Part shown: positions 15,929-24,688 of the stretch, piece by piece
How positions within the stretch are numbered: the stretch's first letter is position 1
Layout: every line of letters begins with the position of its first letter
Virus record (IMG/VR): IMGVR_UViG_3300037755_000321
Coordinates: 1 to 25,271 of that record
Length of the DNA stretch: 25,271 nt
Strand: one strand, 5' to 3'
DNA from: a virus
Lineage: Duplodnaviria; Caudoviricetes
The notes under the pieces: generated by a model
What the model was told of the DNA's origin: nothing
Databases searched by the model: none
The model's input: only the letters and a program-made list of their open reading frames with translations
Made by a program: the position numbers and the translations under genes

Positions 15929-16504
15929 TCACGCGAACATGTCATCTTCGGGCACCAGCGGCACGATGTCCTCGAAGCGTTCCAGCACGCGGTCAATCGA
16001 CTTGTCGACAGCGGCAGCGGCCCGAAACGCGGTGGCGTTCGGCAGCGGGATCTTCGGCGGGTGCCCGTTCTTGCTCTTGACGTACAGCGACTTCAACACC
16101 TCAAGCGCGTCAGGCGTCCACGTGGTGCTCACACGCTGGTCCTCACCGGGGATCGTGGACTTGCCGATGGTCAGCACGAGGAACATGTGCACGTTGTCGT
16201 CAGTGTTCACGCCCATGATCGCAACATCCGCCCAGCGGCACGCAGAGCAGGTCTGACCACGGGGCAGCGTCGTGCCAGGCATGTGTCCATTGTGGGTGCC
16301 GTTCCGATGGCGCGAGGACCCGAAACCCAGTACCCGCCCAGTGAACGCCTGCCCGGAAACGGTGAAGTCCTTCACGGTGGGGTCGTCGTATTCGCACTCT
16401 TCGGCAGCGAACTCGGCGAACTCGTCCGAAACCACGTCCAGGGTTTCGCTCCACGTACCCTTGACGGCAGCCTCGAACGCCTCATCATCTCGGTACACAT
16501 CCAT
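15929..16504 (-). CDS. Hypothetical protein, 191 aa (MDVYRDD...), with a CSACRW motif
   Basis: GAGGAG RBS supports the start at 16504. Confidence 0.75.
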   Translation of the reverse strand: MDVYRDDEAFEAAVKGTWSETLDVVSDEFAEFAAEECEYDDPTVKDFTVSGQAFTGRVLGFGSSRHRNGTHNGHMPGTTLPRGQTCSACRWADVAIMGVNTDDNVHMFLVLTIGKSTIPGEDQRVSTTWTPDALEVLKSLYVKSKNGHPPKIPLPNATAFRAAAAVDKSIDRVLERFEDIVPLVPEDDMFA

Positions 16505-16505
16505 G

Positions 16506-16637
16506 CTAGTTCTCCTCATCTTCGTGTCGTTCGTCGGTTTCGTACCAGTCGTCCTGGTGAGATTCGCGCGCCTGCTCGGCAAGGTGTTCCCTGATCGCTT
16601 TGAGCACCGCAGGGTCCTCATACAGTCCCATGTCCAT
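16506..16637 (-). CDS. Small acidic protein, 43 aa (MDMGLYEDPAVLK...)
   Basis: Translated by hand. GAGAGGGA RBS; stop immediately precedes the next start. Confidence 0.6.
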   Translation of the reverse strand: MDMGLYEDPAVLKAIREHLAEQARESHQDDWYETDERHEDEEN

Positions 16638-16748
16638 GTTTGTTCCCTCTCATCATCTTCGATCATCTGTCAATCGTCAGCGGGTTGTCCCTGCTAGACG
16701 CAAGCGTATCAGACGCGGTAAGCTGGTACAACAACGACTGATGACAGG

Positions 16749-17639
16749 ATGACGCATGTGACGACAGTATCTTTCAACCACACGGCCGCAGGTGGGCAGG
16801 CTCCCAGCGCGGGAGCGGTCGCGTACGCCTGCTCGCAGCTCGGGTTCAAAGTCTTCCCGCTCGTGCCAAATTCTAAGCGACCCGCCATCGAGGGGTGGAA
16901 AGAGCGCGCTACCACCGACCTCGACACGATCCGCGATTGGTGGGCAGGTGGCGAGTTCACCGGCTGTCCGGTCGGCATCGCCACGGGGCCTGGTTCGGGG
17001 GTGTGGATCTTGGATATCGATATCAAGCACGGTATCAACGGGTTTGCGGTGTTCCGCGACATCGCAAGGGCCAACGGGGCTAGTGTCGAAGAGTTCACCC
17101 GAACCATGACCGTCGCCACACCTTCGGGCGGGGCGCATCTCTACTTCCGGTGGGACGAGATCGCAGACGCCGAACGCGGCGTTCGCAGCGATTCATCCGG
17201 CCACCTGGCACCAAACCTGGATGTGAAGGGCATCGGGGGACTCGTCAAAGCTCCCGGCTGCGGTGGCTATCAAGTGGTCCCGCGCGACGGTATCAGGCGT
17301 ACGATGATCCTCCCGGCCCCCGATTGGCTGGTTGCGCTCACGCGGAAGCCTGAGCGTGAGGAACGGGCGGAAGTCCAGTACGAACCAGGCAGCGCCGCAG
17401 CCGAGCGCGAAGCGGAACGGGTACTTGACCGTCTCGGGAGCTCGGCACCGGGAACCCGCAACAATGAGTTGAACGTGGCTGCGTACCGGCTCGGGAAGAT
17501 GGGCACCATGAGTGCGGATGCAGCGTGGTCAGAGCTTCGGACCGTGATGTTCTCCATCGGCGCGAATGATGACGAGTCATCCCAACGTCGGACCTTTGAA
17601 TCCGGTTGGGAGGCGGGCAGGCGGGCGGGGAACGTGTGA
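16749..17639 (+). CDS. Bifunctional primase/polymerase (Prim-Pol domain) protein
   Basis: VFPL.PNSKRP, ATTD...I.DWW, VGIATG, ILDID, TPSGGAHLYF, and a C-terminal GTRNNEL helical domain. Confidence 0.9.
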   Translation: MTHVTTVSFNHTAAGGQAPSAGAVAYACSQLGFKVFPLVPNSKRPAIEGWKERATTDLDTIRDWWAGGEFTGCPVGIATGPGSGVWILDIDIKHGINGFAVFRDIARANGASVEEFTRTMTVATPSGGAHLYFRWDEIADAERGVRSDSSGHLAPNLDVKGIGGLVKAPGCGGYQVVPRDGIRRTMILPAPDWLVALTRKPEREERAEVQYEPGSAAAEREAERVLDRLGSSAPGTRNNELNVAAYRLGKMGTMSADAAWSELRTVMFSIGANDDESSQRRTFESGWEAGRRAGNV

Positions 17640-17667
17640 TAGGATGCATTCTAAGGAGGTGACGCGC

Positions 17668-17835
17668 ATGAACAAGGAACAACGCGTCTCACGTGCTCGC
17701 ACCGCTGCCGCTGCAAGGTGGGCAGGCAAGACCAGCGACGACAAGCGGCAGCAACGCCTCATCATGCTGCAAGCGCAGGCGGAAAACCTCGGGTATCGTC
17801 TGGTACCCGTTGACGACGACACGAAAGAAGACTGA
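17668..17835 (+). CDS. Small basic protein, 55 aa, paralogue A
   Basis: TAAGGAGGT RBS; RARTAAAARW motif. Confidence 0.75.
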   Translation: MNKEQRVSRARTAAAARWAGKTSDDKRQQRLIMLQAQAENLGYRLVPVDDDTKED

Positions 17836-17838
17836 ACG

Positions 17839-18057
17839 ATGAAGCGTGAACTCAGCGGTTCACCCGACTGCCAGGACTACGGGAGCGAATACGACCCGTG
17901 CTCTCCGGGCTGCACGGTGTCCCGATGCGCGGCCAGTGACCCCCACCTGTACCCGGAGCCTGACGCAAGCGGCTGGGATGATCGGACCATGTTCAACACT
18001 GACGGCTACTCGACCCCCGACACCGTTCGTGGTGCCGACTGGAAGAAAGAGGACTAG
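17839..18057 (+). CDS. Small Cys-containing hypothetical protein
   Basis: Tightly packed ORF in the rightward operon. Confidence 0.6.
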   Translation: MKRELSGSPDCQDYGSEYDPCSPGCTVSRCAASDPHLYPEPDASGWDDRTMFNTDGYSTPDTVRGADWKKED

Positions 18058-18060
18058 AAG

Positions 18061-18213
18061 ATGGCACTCTGGCACAACCGACAGCCCAACGACAACAGCA
18101 CGCCCCGACCCGCACGCGACGACCGCGCTGCGAAGCGCGACGTCAAGCGCGAGACGCGCACCGAGAACGCCAAGCGGGACATGCACCGCAGGCCGTTCGA
18201 AGAGGGGCGCTGA
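18061..18213 (+). CDS. Small basic hypothetical protein, 50 aa (MALWHNRQ...)
   Basis: Translated by hand; GAGGA RBS. Confidence 0.55.
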   Translation: MALWHNRQPNDNSTPRPARDDRAAKRDVKRETRTENAKRDMHRRPFEEGR

Positions 18214-18250
18214 CGTGCTCTCCGGACGTGACAACCCCTAGACGCAACAG

Positions 18251-18287
18251 TGCCCCGGCTTCGGGTGAGGAGCCGGGGCACAGCTTT
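18251..18287 (+). terminator. Terminator-like hairpin
   Basis: TGCCCCGGCT...AGCCGGGGCA followed by a short T run. Confidence 0.6.
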
Positions 18288-18383
18288 ATCATACCCGAGG
18301 AGGACACGCGCGCGGCGTGATAGTGTATACACTAACGAGCCGGAAGCCGCAGCGCCTACGGCGACGACGAAGGGATAGTCTCT

Positions 18384-18563
18384 GTGGCACTCACCAGAGC
18401 GCAGCGGTCCGAGAGGGCACGCAACGCCGTGAACGCCCGGTGGGCGAAGCACGGCGAAGACGGGAAGCTGCGTCAGCGCCTGACGATGGTCGAAGCGCAG
18501 GCTCGACAGCTCGGCTACCGGCTCGAACCCATCGACTGCAACGAAGAGAAAGAGGGACAGTGA
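18384..18563 (+). CDS. Small basic protein, 59 aa, paralogue B (MALTRAQRSERARNAVNARW...)
   Basis: Translated by hand. ACGACGAAGGGA RBS, GTGA overlap with the next gene, clear similarity to 17668..17835. Confidence 0.8.
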   Translation: MALTRAQRSERARNAVNARWAKHGEDGKLRQRLTMVEAQARQLGYRLEPIDCNEEKEGQ

Positions 18564-19030
18564 ACGAAGAGCAGGTCACAGAACTTTTGATGCATCTCCG
18601 CGAGATCGTTGGGATGGAGAACGCACGCAATGTCGCCTTGGCGGGCAACGACCTCCGGTCGCCCGTAGGGGAATCCATCCTCGCCGGTGCCTCAGACATC
18701 TCGTCAGCCATTTCCGAACAGTCGCCGCTCTTGAGTGGTGACGAGATCGCGCAGATCATCGAAGCACTCCAGATCATGGCGGGCATCAAAGGTCCGCGCG
18801 CCACAAACCCCGCAGAGGGGATCGCTTCCGCTATCCGCTCGATCTCCCATGGCGGCACCACAGGGCCCGAGGGGCTGGAAATGCTCAGCATGTCCATGTC
18901 GGGGGAGGGCACCGGAACGCCGGTCGGCCCCGCCATCGAAACGGGCCTGGGCGAGATCGCCGAAGCCGTTCGGGAGGGCATGTCCGAAATTGCCTCGGCC
19001 ATCAGCGGGCTTGGCGGCAACAGCTCATAG
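18560..19030 (+). CDS. Hypothetical protein, 156 aa, with repeated amphipathic helices
   Basis: GTG at 18560 with RBS. PVGESILAGASDISSAI resembles PVGPAIETGLGEIAEAV...EIASAI. Confidence 0.7.
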   Translation: MNEEQVTELLMHLREIVGMENARNVALAGNDLRSPVGESILAGASDISSAISEQSPLLSGDEIAQIIEALQIMAGIKGPRATNPAEGIASAIRSISHGGTTGPEGLEMLSMSMSGEGTGTPVGPAIETGLGEIAEAVREGMSEIASAISGLGGNSS

Positions 19031-19036
19031 GCAGCA

Positions 19037-19067
19037 AGAAACCCCCGGGCTCACACCCGGGGGTTTC
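19037..19067. terminator. Terminator-like inverted repeat
   Basis: GAAACCCCCGGG...CCCGGGGGTTTC. Confidence 0.65.
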
Positions 19068-19119
19068 CCATCCCGCTGTACTTCATGCGTCGACTGCAAC
19101 GACAACGAAAGGAACGTAC

Positions 19120-20766
19120 GTGGACAACGATACCACGCCATCGAACAACGGCAAAATGGGCGAATTTGACCTGCAACAATACATGCTCGGTGAACTCGCA
19201 CCGAAGCAGCCCGCCGAACCCGTGCCCACCAGCACCGGTGGTGACCAGCTCACCATGACTGCGGACGGGCACCTCACCACACATATCACTATTCCTGACA
19301 CGCTCAAACTCCTCCCTCGGTGCCTCGACTTCGGCGAGCCCGTTCCCGGACCCCACAGGCCGGGAGCGGTCGCGCGTCTCATCGCGCACATGCTCGCCGA
19401 TGACGAGGGTGTGCACCTCAGGCACTGGCGGGACGGTTGGTACATCTGGCGGGACCAGCGGACCGGAGGGCGATACCGACCATTCGGGCAGGTGGACAAC
19501 AAATACGCCGTGCCTGACATGGTTCGCGCGCTCATGGACAACGCCACCTATCAGCACGAGACGCAGCGAAAAGGCGTAGAAGTCAAAGACTGGGACCCCA
19601 ACAACCGGAGTGTCAAAGAGGTCACCGACGCTCTCGCCGCTGCCTCTCGCCCCGATGAGACCATGTCCGCTGGGACGTGGATCGGCAACGATGCCGTGGC
19701 GCGCGAACTCGAAACACCCGGCAACGAGGTCACCTGCGTCGCCAACGGGTTGCTGTGGTGCCCGCCTTCGAAAGGTGCGGAGTCCCGCAAACTCATGCCG
19801 CACACTCCCGCGTTCTTCACCGACGCAGCCGTAGCCGTCGACTACGATCCCGAAGCCGAATGCCCGCTGTGGCTGAAATTCCTGAACGAGCTGTGGCCTG
19901 ACGACCACGCCTCGCAACGGCTCCTGCAGGAATGGTTCGGATACGTCCTCACGCGCTCGACATCACTACAGAAGATCCTGGTCCTTGTCGGCCCGCGCCG
20001 TTGCGGCAAGGGAACAGCCGCGTGGGTGCTCGAGGAACTGCTCGGCGGTCGCAGCGAAGTCGATCACCCGCTCATGTCCACGTTCGGTGACAAGTACGGG
20101 CTGTCGAACATGCTCGGGAAACGCCTTGCCATTTTCGGTGACGCGCGCATGGAGAAGTCCGAGGCGTCGATCGTGGAAAAGCTCCTCATGATCTCAGGTG
20201 AGGACCCCGTGACCGTGGAACGCAAGTACCTTTCGCCGGTCATCACCAAGCTTGACGTGCGGATCATGATCATGTCCAACTCCATGCCCGACCTCAGAGA
20301 CACCACGGGTGCCCTGGCCGGTCGATTCCTGCCGCTGCCCATCAGGATCGAGGGGTTCTACGGCAAGGAGGACCGGACCTTGAAGCACAAGCTCGGGTCG
20401 GAACTCACCGGCATTCTCAACTGGGCGCTGGAAGGCGCGGACCGGCTGTGGGCCAACGACGGGAAGTTCACCGTGGGGGAGAACGTCAAGGACGCCATGA
20501 GCAAGGCCGACCGGTCCGGTAGCCCGCTCAAAGCATTCGTCATGGACCGGCTCGTGTTCGAGGCGGGCTCCGCTGCCACCAAAGACAGTGTGTACTGGGC
20601 TTACGAGGCGTGGTGCGAGGCGGAGGGCTACCACAGGAAAGGAAAGAACGTGTTCTTCCGGGAACTGTTCGCCATCTACCCGAGCCAACTCGGCGACGGG
20701 AGGCACACGATCCGGGGGAAGCAGCAGACGGTGCTCACCGGGGCCTATCTCGGCTCCGAATTCTGA
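19120..20766 (+). CDS. P4/D5-family SF3 replicative helicase
   Basis: D5_N-like ANGLL...PHTP..F...YDPEAECPLWLKFL, Walker A GPRRCGKGT, LAIFGD, ISGED.VTVERKY, MSNSMP, C-terminal winged helix. Confidence 0.92.
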   Translation: MDNDTTPSNNGKMGEFDLQQYMLGELAPKQPAEPVPTSTGGDQLTMTADGHLTTHITIPDTLKLLPRCLDFGEPVPGPHRPGAVARLIAHMLADDEGVHLRHWRDGWYIWRDQRTGGRYRPFGQVDNKYAVPDMVRALMDNATYQHETQRKGVEVKDWDPNNRSVKEVTDALAAASRPDETMSAGTWIGNDAVARELETPGNEVTCVANGLLWCPPSKGAESRKLMPHTPAFFTDAAVAVDYDPEAECPLWLKFLNELWPDDHASQRLLQEWFGYVLTRSTSLQKILVLVGPRRCGKGTAAWVLEELLGGRSEVDHPLMSTFGDKYGLSNMLGKRLAIFGDARMEKSEASIVEKLLMISGEDPVTVERKYLSPVITKLDVRIMIMSNSMPDLRDTTGALAGRFLPLPIRIEGFYGKEDRTLKHKLGSELTGILNWALEGADRLWANDGKFTVGENVKDAMSKADRSGSPLKAFVMDRLVFEAGSAATKDSVYWAYEAWCEAEGYHRKGKNVFFRELFAIYPSQLGDGRHTIRGKQQTVLTGAYLGSEF

Positions 20767-20799
20767 CTACACAGAGTGACGAAAACGGGGGTCGGTGCC

Positions 20800-21128
20800 T
20801 TGCAGGGATCGACCCCCGATCCCTGCAAGCTATCCCTGCAAGTTGGGGTATTTGGCCTCAGAGCGTTAGCGACTCGAAGCTGTATGTAGTGTACTGAAAA
20901 GGCTACATAGAGTAGGCGAGCTGGTTTTGGGGCCTTGCAGGGATGCTTGCAGGGATACTGCAGGGATGCTTGCAGGGATAAAACACCCTCTGACCTGGTA
21001 CTTGCAGGGATTGCAGGGATAAAACCTAACCAGTTCAGGAGTGTGTAAATATACAGTGTACGGAGTAGTGTTGTTCTGTATAGAGAGAACAATGCAAAGT
21101 ATCCCTGCAATCCCTGCAATCCCTGCAA
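20800..21128. repeat. Iteron array, putative replication origin
   Basis: 12 copies of TGCAGGGAT (7 forward, 5 reverse) around an AT-rich spacer, immediately downstream of the helicase. Confidence 0.85.
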
Positions 21129-21170
21129 GGCGAAGCCCGAAATCCGGTTACAGAAAGTGAGAATTTTGCC

Positions 21171-21686
21171 GTGGCGATTCGAGATCTACGACAGCAGATG
21201 CCCGTTGACGGCGAAGTCAGCGTGAGCCCTTGGGAATCGATCCTTACCGAGGTTCGCCGCTCCGCGTACCGGGCATCGTGGGTCGATGAGCGAGTTGAGC
21301 AGGAGGCGCAGCGCGAACGCGAGTTGGAAGCGCAGGCGCACGACTGGGACCCCAAAGACTTCGAGATTGCACGAGCTCGACAGGGCCGCGAGCTGAGGGA
21401 GTGGGTCAAGCTGAGCCGCGAGGAACGCGCCCATGGGGCACAGGTTGCGTCTGCCGCCGTCCGTGCGGGCCTCTCAGAGCGCTACATCGAGTCGGTGCAG
21501 GCTGAGGCACGGAACATCGCGAGCGTGCTCCAGAGAGCCCTACAGGCCGCCGAGTTGAGCGATGAGCAGTGGGCCGCTGCGACCGGCGAGCTGAGGCTTG
21601 GGCTGGCGGAGATGGGCCGAGAGTTGAGCGCAAGGCACTCAAGTATGGGCGGCCGGTTCCCGGAGCGCCCAGGGATCGAATCTTGA
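21171..21686 (+). CDS. Helical protein resembling actinophage terminase small subunit-like proteins
   Basis: ILTEVRRSA...W and EER....VASAAVRAGLSER pattern, recognised from memory. No large terminase is adjacent, so the function is tentative. Confidence 0.5.
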   Translation: MAIRDLRQQMPVDGEVSVSPWESILTEVRRSAYRASWVDERVEQEAQRERELEAQAHDWDPKDFEIARARQGRELREWVKLSREERAHGAQVASAAVRAGLSERYIESVQAEARNIASVLQRALQAAELSDEQWAAATGELRLGLAEMGRELSARHSSMGGRFPERPGIES

Positions 21687-21773
21687 CAGTGTCTAGCCAG
21701 TAGGTCACAGAACGATAACTTGCGGGAACAACACTTCCCATGGGTAATCCCGACTATGCGGTATACTGGGGAA

Positions 21774-22013
21774 ATGGAAGAAACAGACCCGAGACACTCC
21801 GCAACTCTCCACTTGCAGGGGTACTTTGTGTACGATCACCTGCCTCATCACCTTCAGACAGTTTCGCGCCCATTTGGGCAGTTGGCGAACCTCATGATTG
21901 CGTCACTGCCTGATGGGCCCGAGTTGACAGCGGGACTTCGCAAGCTTCTCGAAGCCAAAGACTGTTTTGTACGTGCCGCCGTGGACGACGAACGGCGCAG
22001 GGCCGAACTCTAG
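21774..22013 (+). CDS. Small helical-hairpin protein (Y.HLP..LQ.VS.PF...LP.GPE....LRKLLEAKD), possibly Acb2/Tad1-like
   Basis: Recognisable phage motif. TATACT 6 nt before ATG 21774 suggests a leaderless transcript. Confidence 0.7.
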   Translation: MEETDPRHSATLHLQGYFVYDHLPHHLQTVSRPFGQLANLMIASLPDGPELTAGLRKLLEAKDCFVRAAVDDERRRAEL

Positions 22014-22201
22014 GAGCCTGCCAGCGCGGGCCGTTGTCCTAGCCGTGCATAGCCCGTCCGGCCTCTGTGCGGAACGCTGACGGCCTCACATGTCGTATGC
22101 CTACACGGGTTAGGGTATGCGGGTATAGGCGCTTAGAGAGCTACACAGGGCATAGCAAAGGGGCACCCCATGGCGGGATGCCCCTGTGTGCAGCTATGTA
22201 G

Positions 22202-22423
22202 TTACGACCCGAACATGCCTGTGTCGATGACGCCGTTGTCCCCCTCATTGCGCTTGAGTGCGCGACGTTGCCTGCCTCTCCTTGTCCGGTCGTTGGCTGC
22301 CTGGTCTTCCCCTCGCGCCCTGCGCTTGTCCATCTCGGCGCGCTTGGCGTTGGGGTCACCCTTGGTGCTCTTGAGGCCCTTCATGACCTTGTCGAACGTG
22401 TCATCTTTCTTGGCCATCATCAT
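22202..22423 (-). CDS. Small basic hypothetical protein
   Basis: ACGACGAAAGGA RBS; the exact start among three consecutive ATGs is uncertain. Confidence 0.7.
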   Translation of the reverse strand: MMMAKKDDTFDKVMKGLKSTKGDPNAKRAEMDKRRARGEDQAANDRTRRGRQRRALKRNEGDNGVIDTGMFGS

Positions 22424-22598
22424 GTCCTTTCGTCGTGAACGTCCAGGGTAGCACAGCGCGAGGGAGAGCGGTGGTCAGGGTCGATGTCCGATTTGAAAGG
22501 GTTTTTCTTTTTCGGGCGATTGGTCGGTGCAGAGCCCATTTCCGGTTGGCGCGCGAGGTCACTCCCCCGTCTGGCAAGCGCTTACACGTTTACCCGAG

Positions 22599-22623
22599 GA
22601 AAAGGCCACCCCGGAGGGTGGCC
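22599..22623 (-). terminator. Intrinsic terminator, repeat copy 1
   Basis: GGCCACCC-TCCG-GGGTGGCC-TTTTC. Confidence 0.8.
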
Positions 22624-22628
22624 TCCAC

Positions 22629-22976
22629 CTAGATCTGGTACGTGCGGCTCAGGTCCGACATGAACCCGTTGCCTACCGGCTCGATAGCCCACAAGGCATT
22701 CTCTGCGTTCGCCTGCGACGCCCGCTGTGTTTCGATGGGCGAGCGCTCCGCCCACACGATTGCGGGCAGCTGGTAGCACGCACTGGCAAGGAGCTTCCGC
22801 GCCATGGTGTCGTTCCAACCCCAATCGGAGGCGCTGAACAGTGTCGAGAGGCTGTCGGAGTAGGTGAGGTGCCACGGGGTGAACTTCTGCGGCACTTTGT
22901 AACCCACCCCGGTGGGGAAGGCGGTGTGTTTGGTCCGGAACGTGATGGTGATGGTTCCGCGCATGTCTCGGTGCAT
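22629..22976 (-). CDS. Hypothetical protein, 115 aa
   Basis: ACGACGAAAGGG RBS favours ATG 22976 (alternative GTG 23021). Confidence 0.7.
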   Translation of the reverse strand: MHRDMRGTITITFRTKHTAFPTGVGYKVPQKFTPWHLTYSDSLSTLFSASDWGWNDTMARKLLASACYQLPAIVWAERSPIETQRASQANAENALWAIEPVGNGFMSDLSRTYQI

Positions 22977-23017
22977 CGTTGGCCCTTTCGTCGTTGCATC
23001 AACGATAGCACACGGGG

Positions 23018-23746
23018 TCACATTCCCTCGATGAGGTCCCGAATCCGTTCCGCCTCCCGGACACGGGCAACGGCCGTTGCGGTGTAGCCGGGGTCAAGCT
23101 CGATACCGACCGTCTTACGGCCTGCGAGAATCGCCGCGACGCATGTCGAGCCGGAGCCCATGAAAGGATCGAGTACGACCTCACCCGGCCGTGACGACGA
23201 CTCGACAAGCTGCGAGAGGAGCGCTACCGGCTTTTCGGTGGGGTGGTTCTTAACGCCACGGCCTGTTTTTCTGTTCTGCCGGATAATAGACCCGTTACGA
23301 ATACGGGCGGACAAAGCGCCACCGCCTACGGCCCTTTCGGCCTTAGACGTGTATACGGCCCCAAACAATATTTTTTCATGTTGGCTACCCCAAGGTAGTG
23401 ATAGGTTGCCCATACCTATTTCTCCTTTGTCCCAGATGAGTTCAGCGGTTGAACTCATCGGGAGAACAGTGGAGAGTTGTTCAGCGGAGAACCCGAAAAC
23501 ATACGCATGACGATGTTTCAGTAGGACACGGGGAACCAGCGCCAACGCGGATAGTGCGGCGCTGGTGTCGTGGTCACCGATGATCTGAGGAAATGTGTCC
23601 GGACGCATACCACTCTGATACGACACCCCGTAAGGCGGATCGGTCACCAATAGATCAGCGCTGCCCTTTTCCAGTGTTGGCAGCACTTCCATGCAGTCAC
23701 CGAGGTACAGGGTTGCACGTTCGGACTGGTAGGCGATCTCTGACAC
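23018..23746 (-). CDS. DNA amino-methyltransferase (N4-C/N6-A, beta class)
   Basis: LYLGDC, catalytic TDPPY, HPTEKP, SAM-binding LDPFMGSG, GIEL. GTG start with GGAAGGA RBS. Confidence 0.92.
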   Translation of the reverse strand: MSEIAYQSERATLYLGDCMEVLPTLEKGSADLLVTDPPYGVSYQSGMRPDTFPQIIGDHDTSAALSALALVPRVLLKHRHAYVFGFSAEQLSTVLPMSSTAELIWDKGEIGMGNLSLPWGSQHEKILFGAVYTSKAERAVGGGALSARIRNGSIIRQNRKTGRGVKNHPTEKPVALLSQLVESSSRPGEVVLDPFMGSGSTCVAAILAGRKTVGIELDPGYTATAVARVREAERIRDLIEGM

Positions 23747-23786
23747 GGCATCCTTCCGTCTTGCGTCGTGTTTGTCCAGGATACCA

Positions 23787-23811
23787 GAAAAGGCCACCCC
23801 GGGGGGTGGCC
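23787..23811 (-). terminator. Intrinsic terminator, repeat copy 2
   Basis: GGCCACCC-CCCG-GGGTGGCC-TTTTC; one mismatch to copy 1. Confidence 0.8.
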
Positions 23812-23816
23812 CGTTC

Positions 23817-24101
23817 TTACTGCTGGCTGTACCAGTGCTTACGCCCGATTCGCTCAGGCGAAAGGTGGAATTCGTACCCCGACGCGTGTTCGATCCGCTG
23901 TGACATGTTGTCAAGCCACTGTTCGCAAGCCGACTCGGCGAACGTACGCGCCTCATCCGCGGACATTCCGGCCTGCCGGGTGAGCATGTCGGCCACCATG
24001 AGGGACACGCCGGTCATGGTAGGAGTCGTGTTCGAGACTGCGTATTGACCAGAGGGCTTGCGGAATCGGAAAGTGTATCGGGTCTCGTTTTTCTCTGACA
24101 T
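23817..24101 (-). CDS. Hypothetical protein, 94 aa
   Basis: Has its own promoter, RBS and terminator. Confidence 0.75.
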   Translation of the reverse strand: MSEKNETRYTFRFRKPSGQYAVSNTTPTMTGVSLMVADMLTRQAGMSADEARTFAESACEQWLDNMSQRIEHASGYEFHLSPERIGRKHWYSQQ

Positions 24102-24137
24102 GGTGCTGTCCTTACGTCGTTGGTCTTTGTAAGGACA

Positions 24138-24167
24138 ACTCTAGCACCCCCTCGCACTATGGTGCAA
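24138..24167 (-). promoter_or_regulatory. Principal-sigma-type promoter
   Basis: TTGCAC-18 bp-TAGAGT with TGn; AAGAAAGTT 11 bp upstream of the -35. Confidence 0.65.
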
Positions 24168-24190
24168 GGGGGTGGCCGAACTTTCTTGAG

Positions 24191-24424
24191 TTAGTCTTTG
24201 AGCTGGGCTCTTACCTCGTTCCACTCGTCCATGATCTCGCGAACCGCTTCCAGCCCGCGCCGTGACGCGGCCTCACGCTCTTCGGCTGTCATGGACTCAC
24301 GAACGGCTGCGGTCTTTGCGTCGCACTCGGCGGCGAGCTGCTTACGCCACGTGGCGTAGTCACCGCCCGTGCGCCGCTGGTAGGCTTTCCACTCTTCACC
24401 GGGAAGTTTGTCGGTCATCGCCAT
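24191..24424 (-). CDS. Hypothetical protein, 77 aa
   Basis: GAGAGGA RBS. Confidence 0.7.
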   Translation of the reverse strand: MAMTDKLPGEEWKAYQRRTGGDYATWRKQLAAECDAKTAAVRESMTAEEREAASRRGLEAVREIMDEWNEVRAQLKD

Positions 24425-24434
24425 ATCCTCTCTA

Positions 24435-24626
24435 CTACGCGTTGGTTAGGCCGCTAAGCACGCGACTTAGGTTCAGCTTGAAGGCGGGGCGAGATTTGGC
24501 AAACTCCCAGTGGTCTTTACCAGCCCATTTGAGCCGGTAGTCGTCGCTGGCGATAAAGTACCCCGTGTGCGTCATCTGCTCGTCTAGGTAGGTGTAAGTG
24601 GCCGTTTCGCTGAGAATCTTGGTCAT
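24435..24626 (-). CDS. Hypothetical protein, 63 aa
   Basis: GAGAGGA RBS. Confidence 0.7.
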   Translation of the reverse strand: MTKILSETATYTYLDEQMTHTGYFIASDDYRLKWAGKDHWEFAKSRPAFKLNLSRVLSGLTNA

Positions 24627-24649
24627 CTTCGTATCCTCTCATTGTTACC

Positions 24650-24675
24650 GAAAAAGCCGCTCCCCGAAGGGTGGC
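24650..24675 (-). terminator. Intrinsic terminator, diverged copy 3
   Basis: GCCACCC-TTCG-GGG...GGC-TTTTTC. Confidence 0.6.
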
Positions 24676-24688
24676 CCGTTCCAACGGA

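Noticed and set aside
19051-20706. Minus-strand ORFs over the SF3 helicase
   Set aside because: Antisense shadows.
20800-21128. TGCAGGGAT repeats as a CRISPR array, or as ORFs 20745..21128 and 21035..21409
   Set aside because: Units are 9-10 bp, in both orientations, without unique spacers; the LQGLQG and CRDCRD peptides are translations of the repeats.
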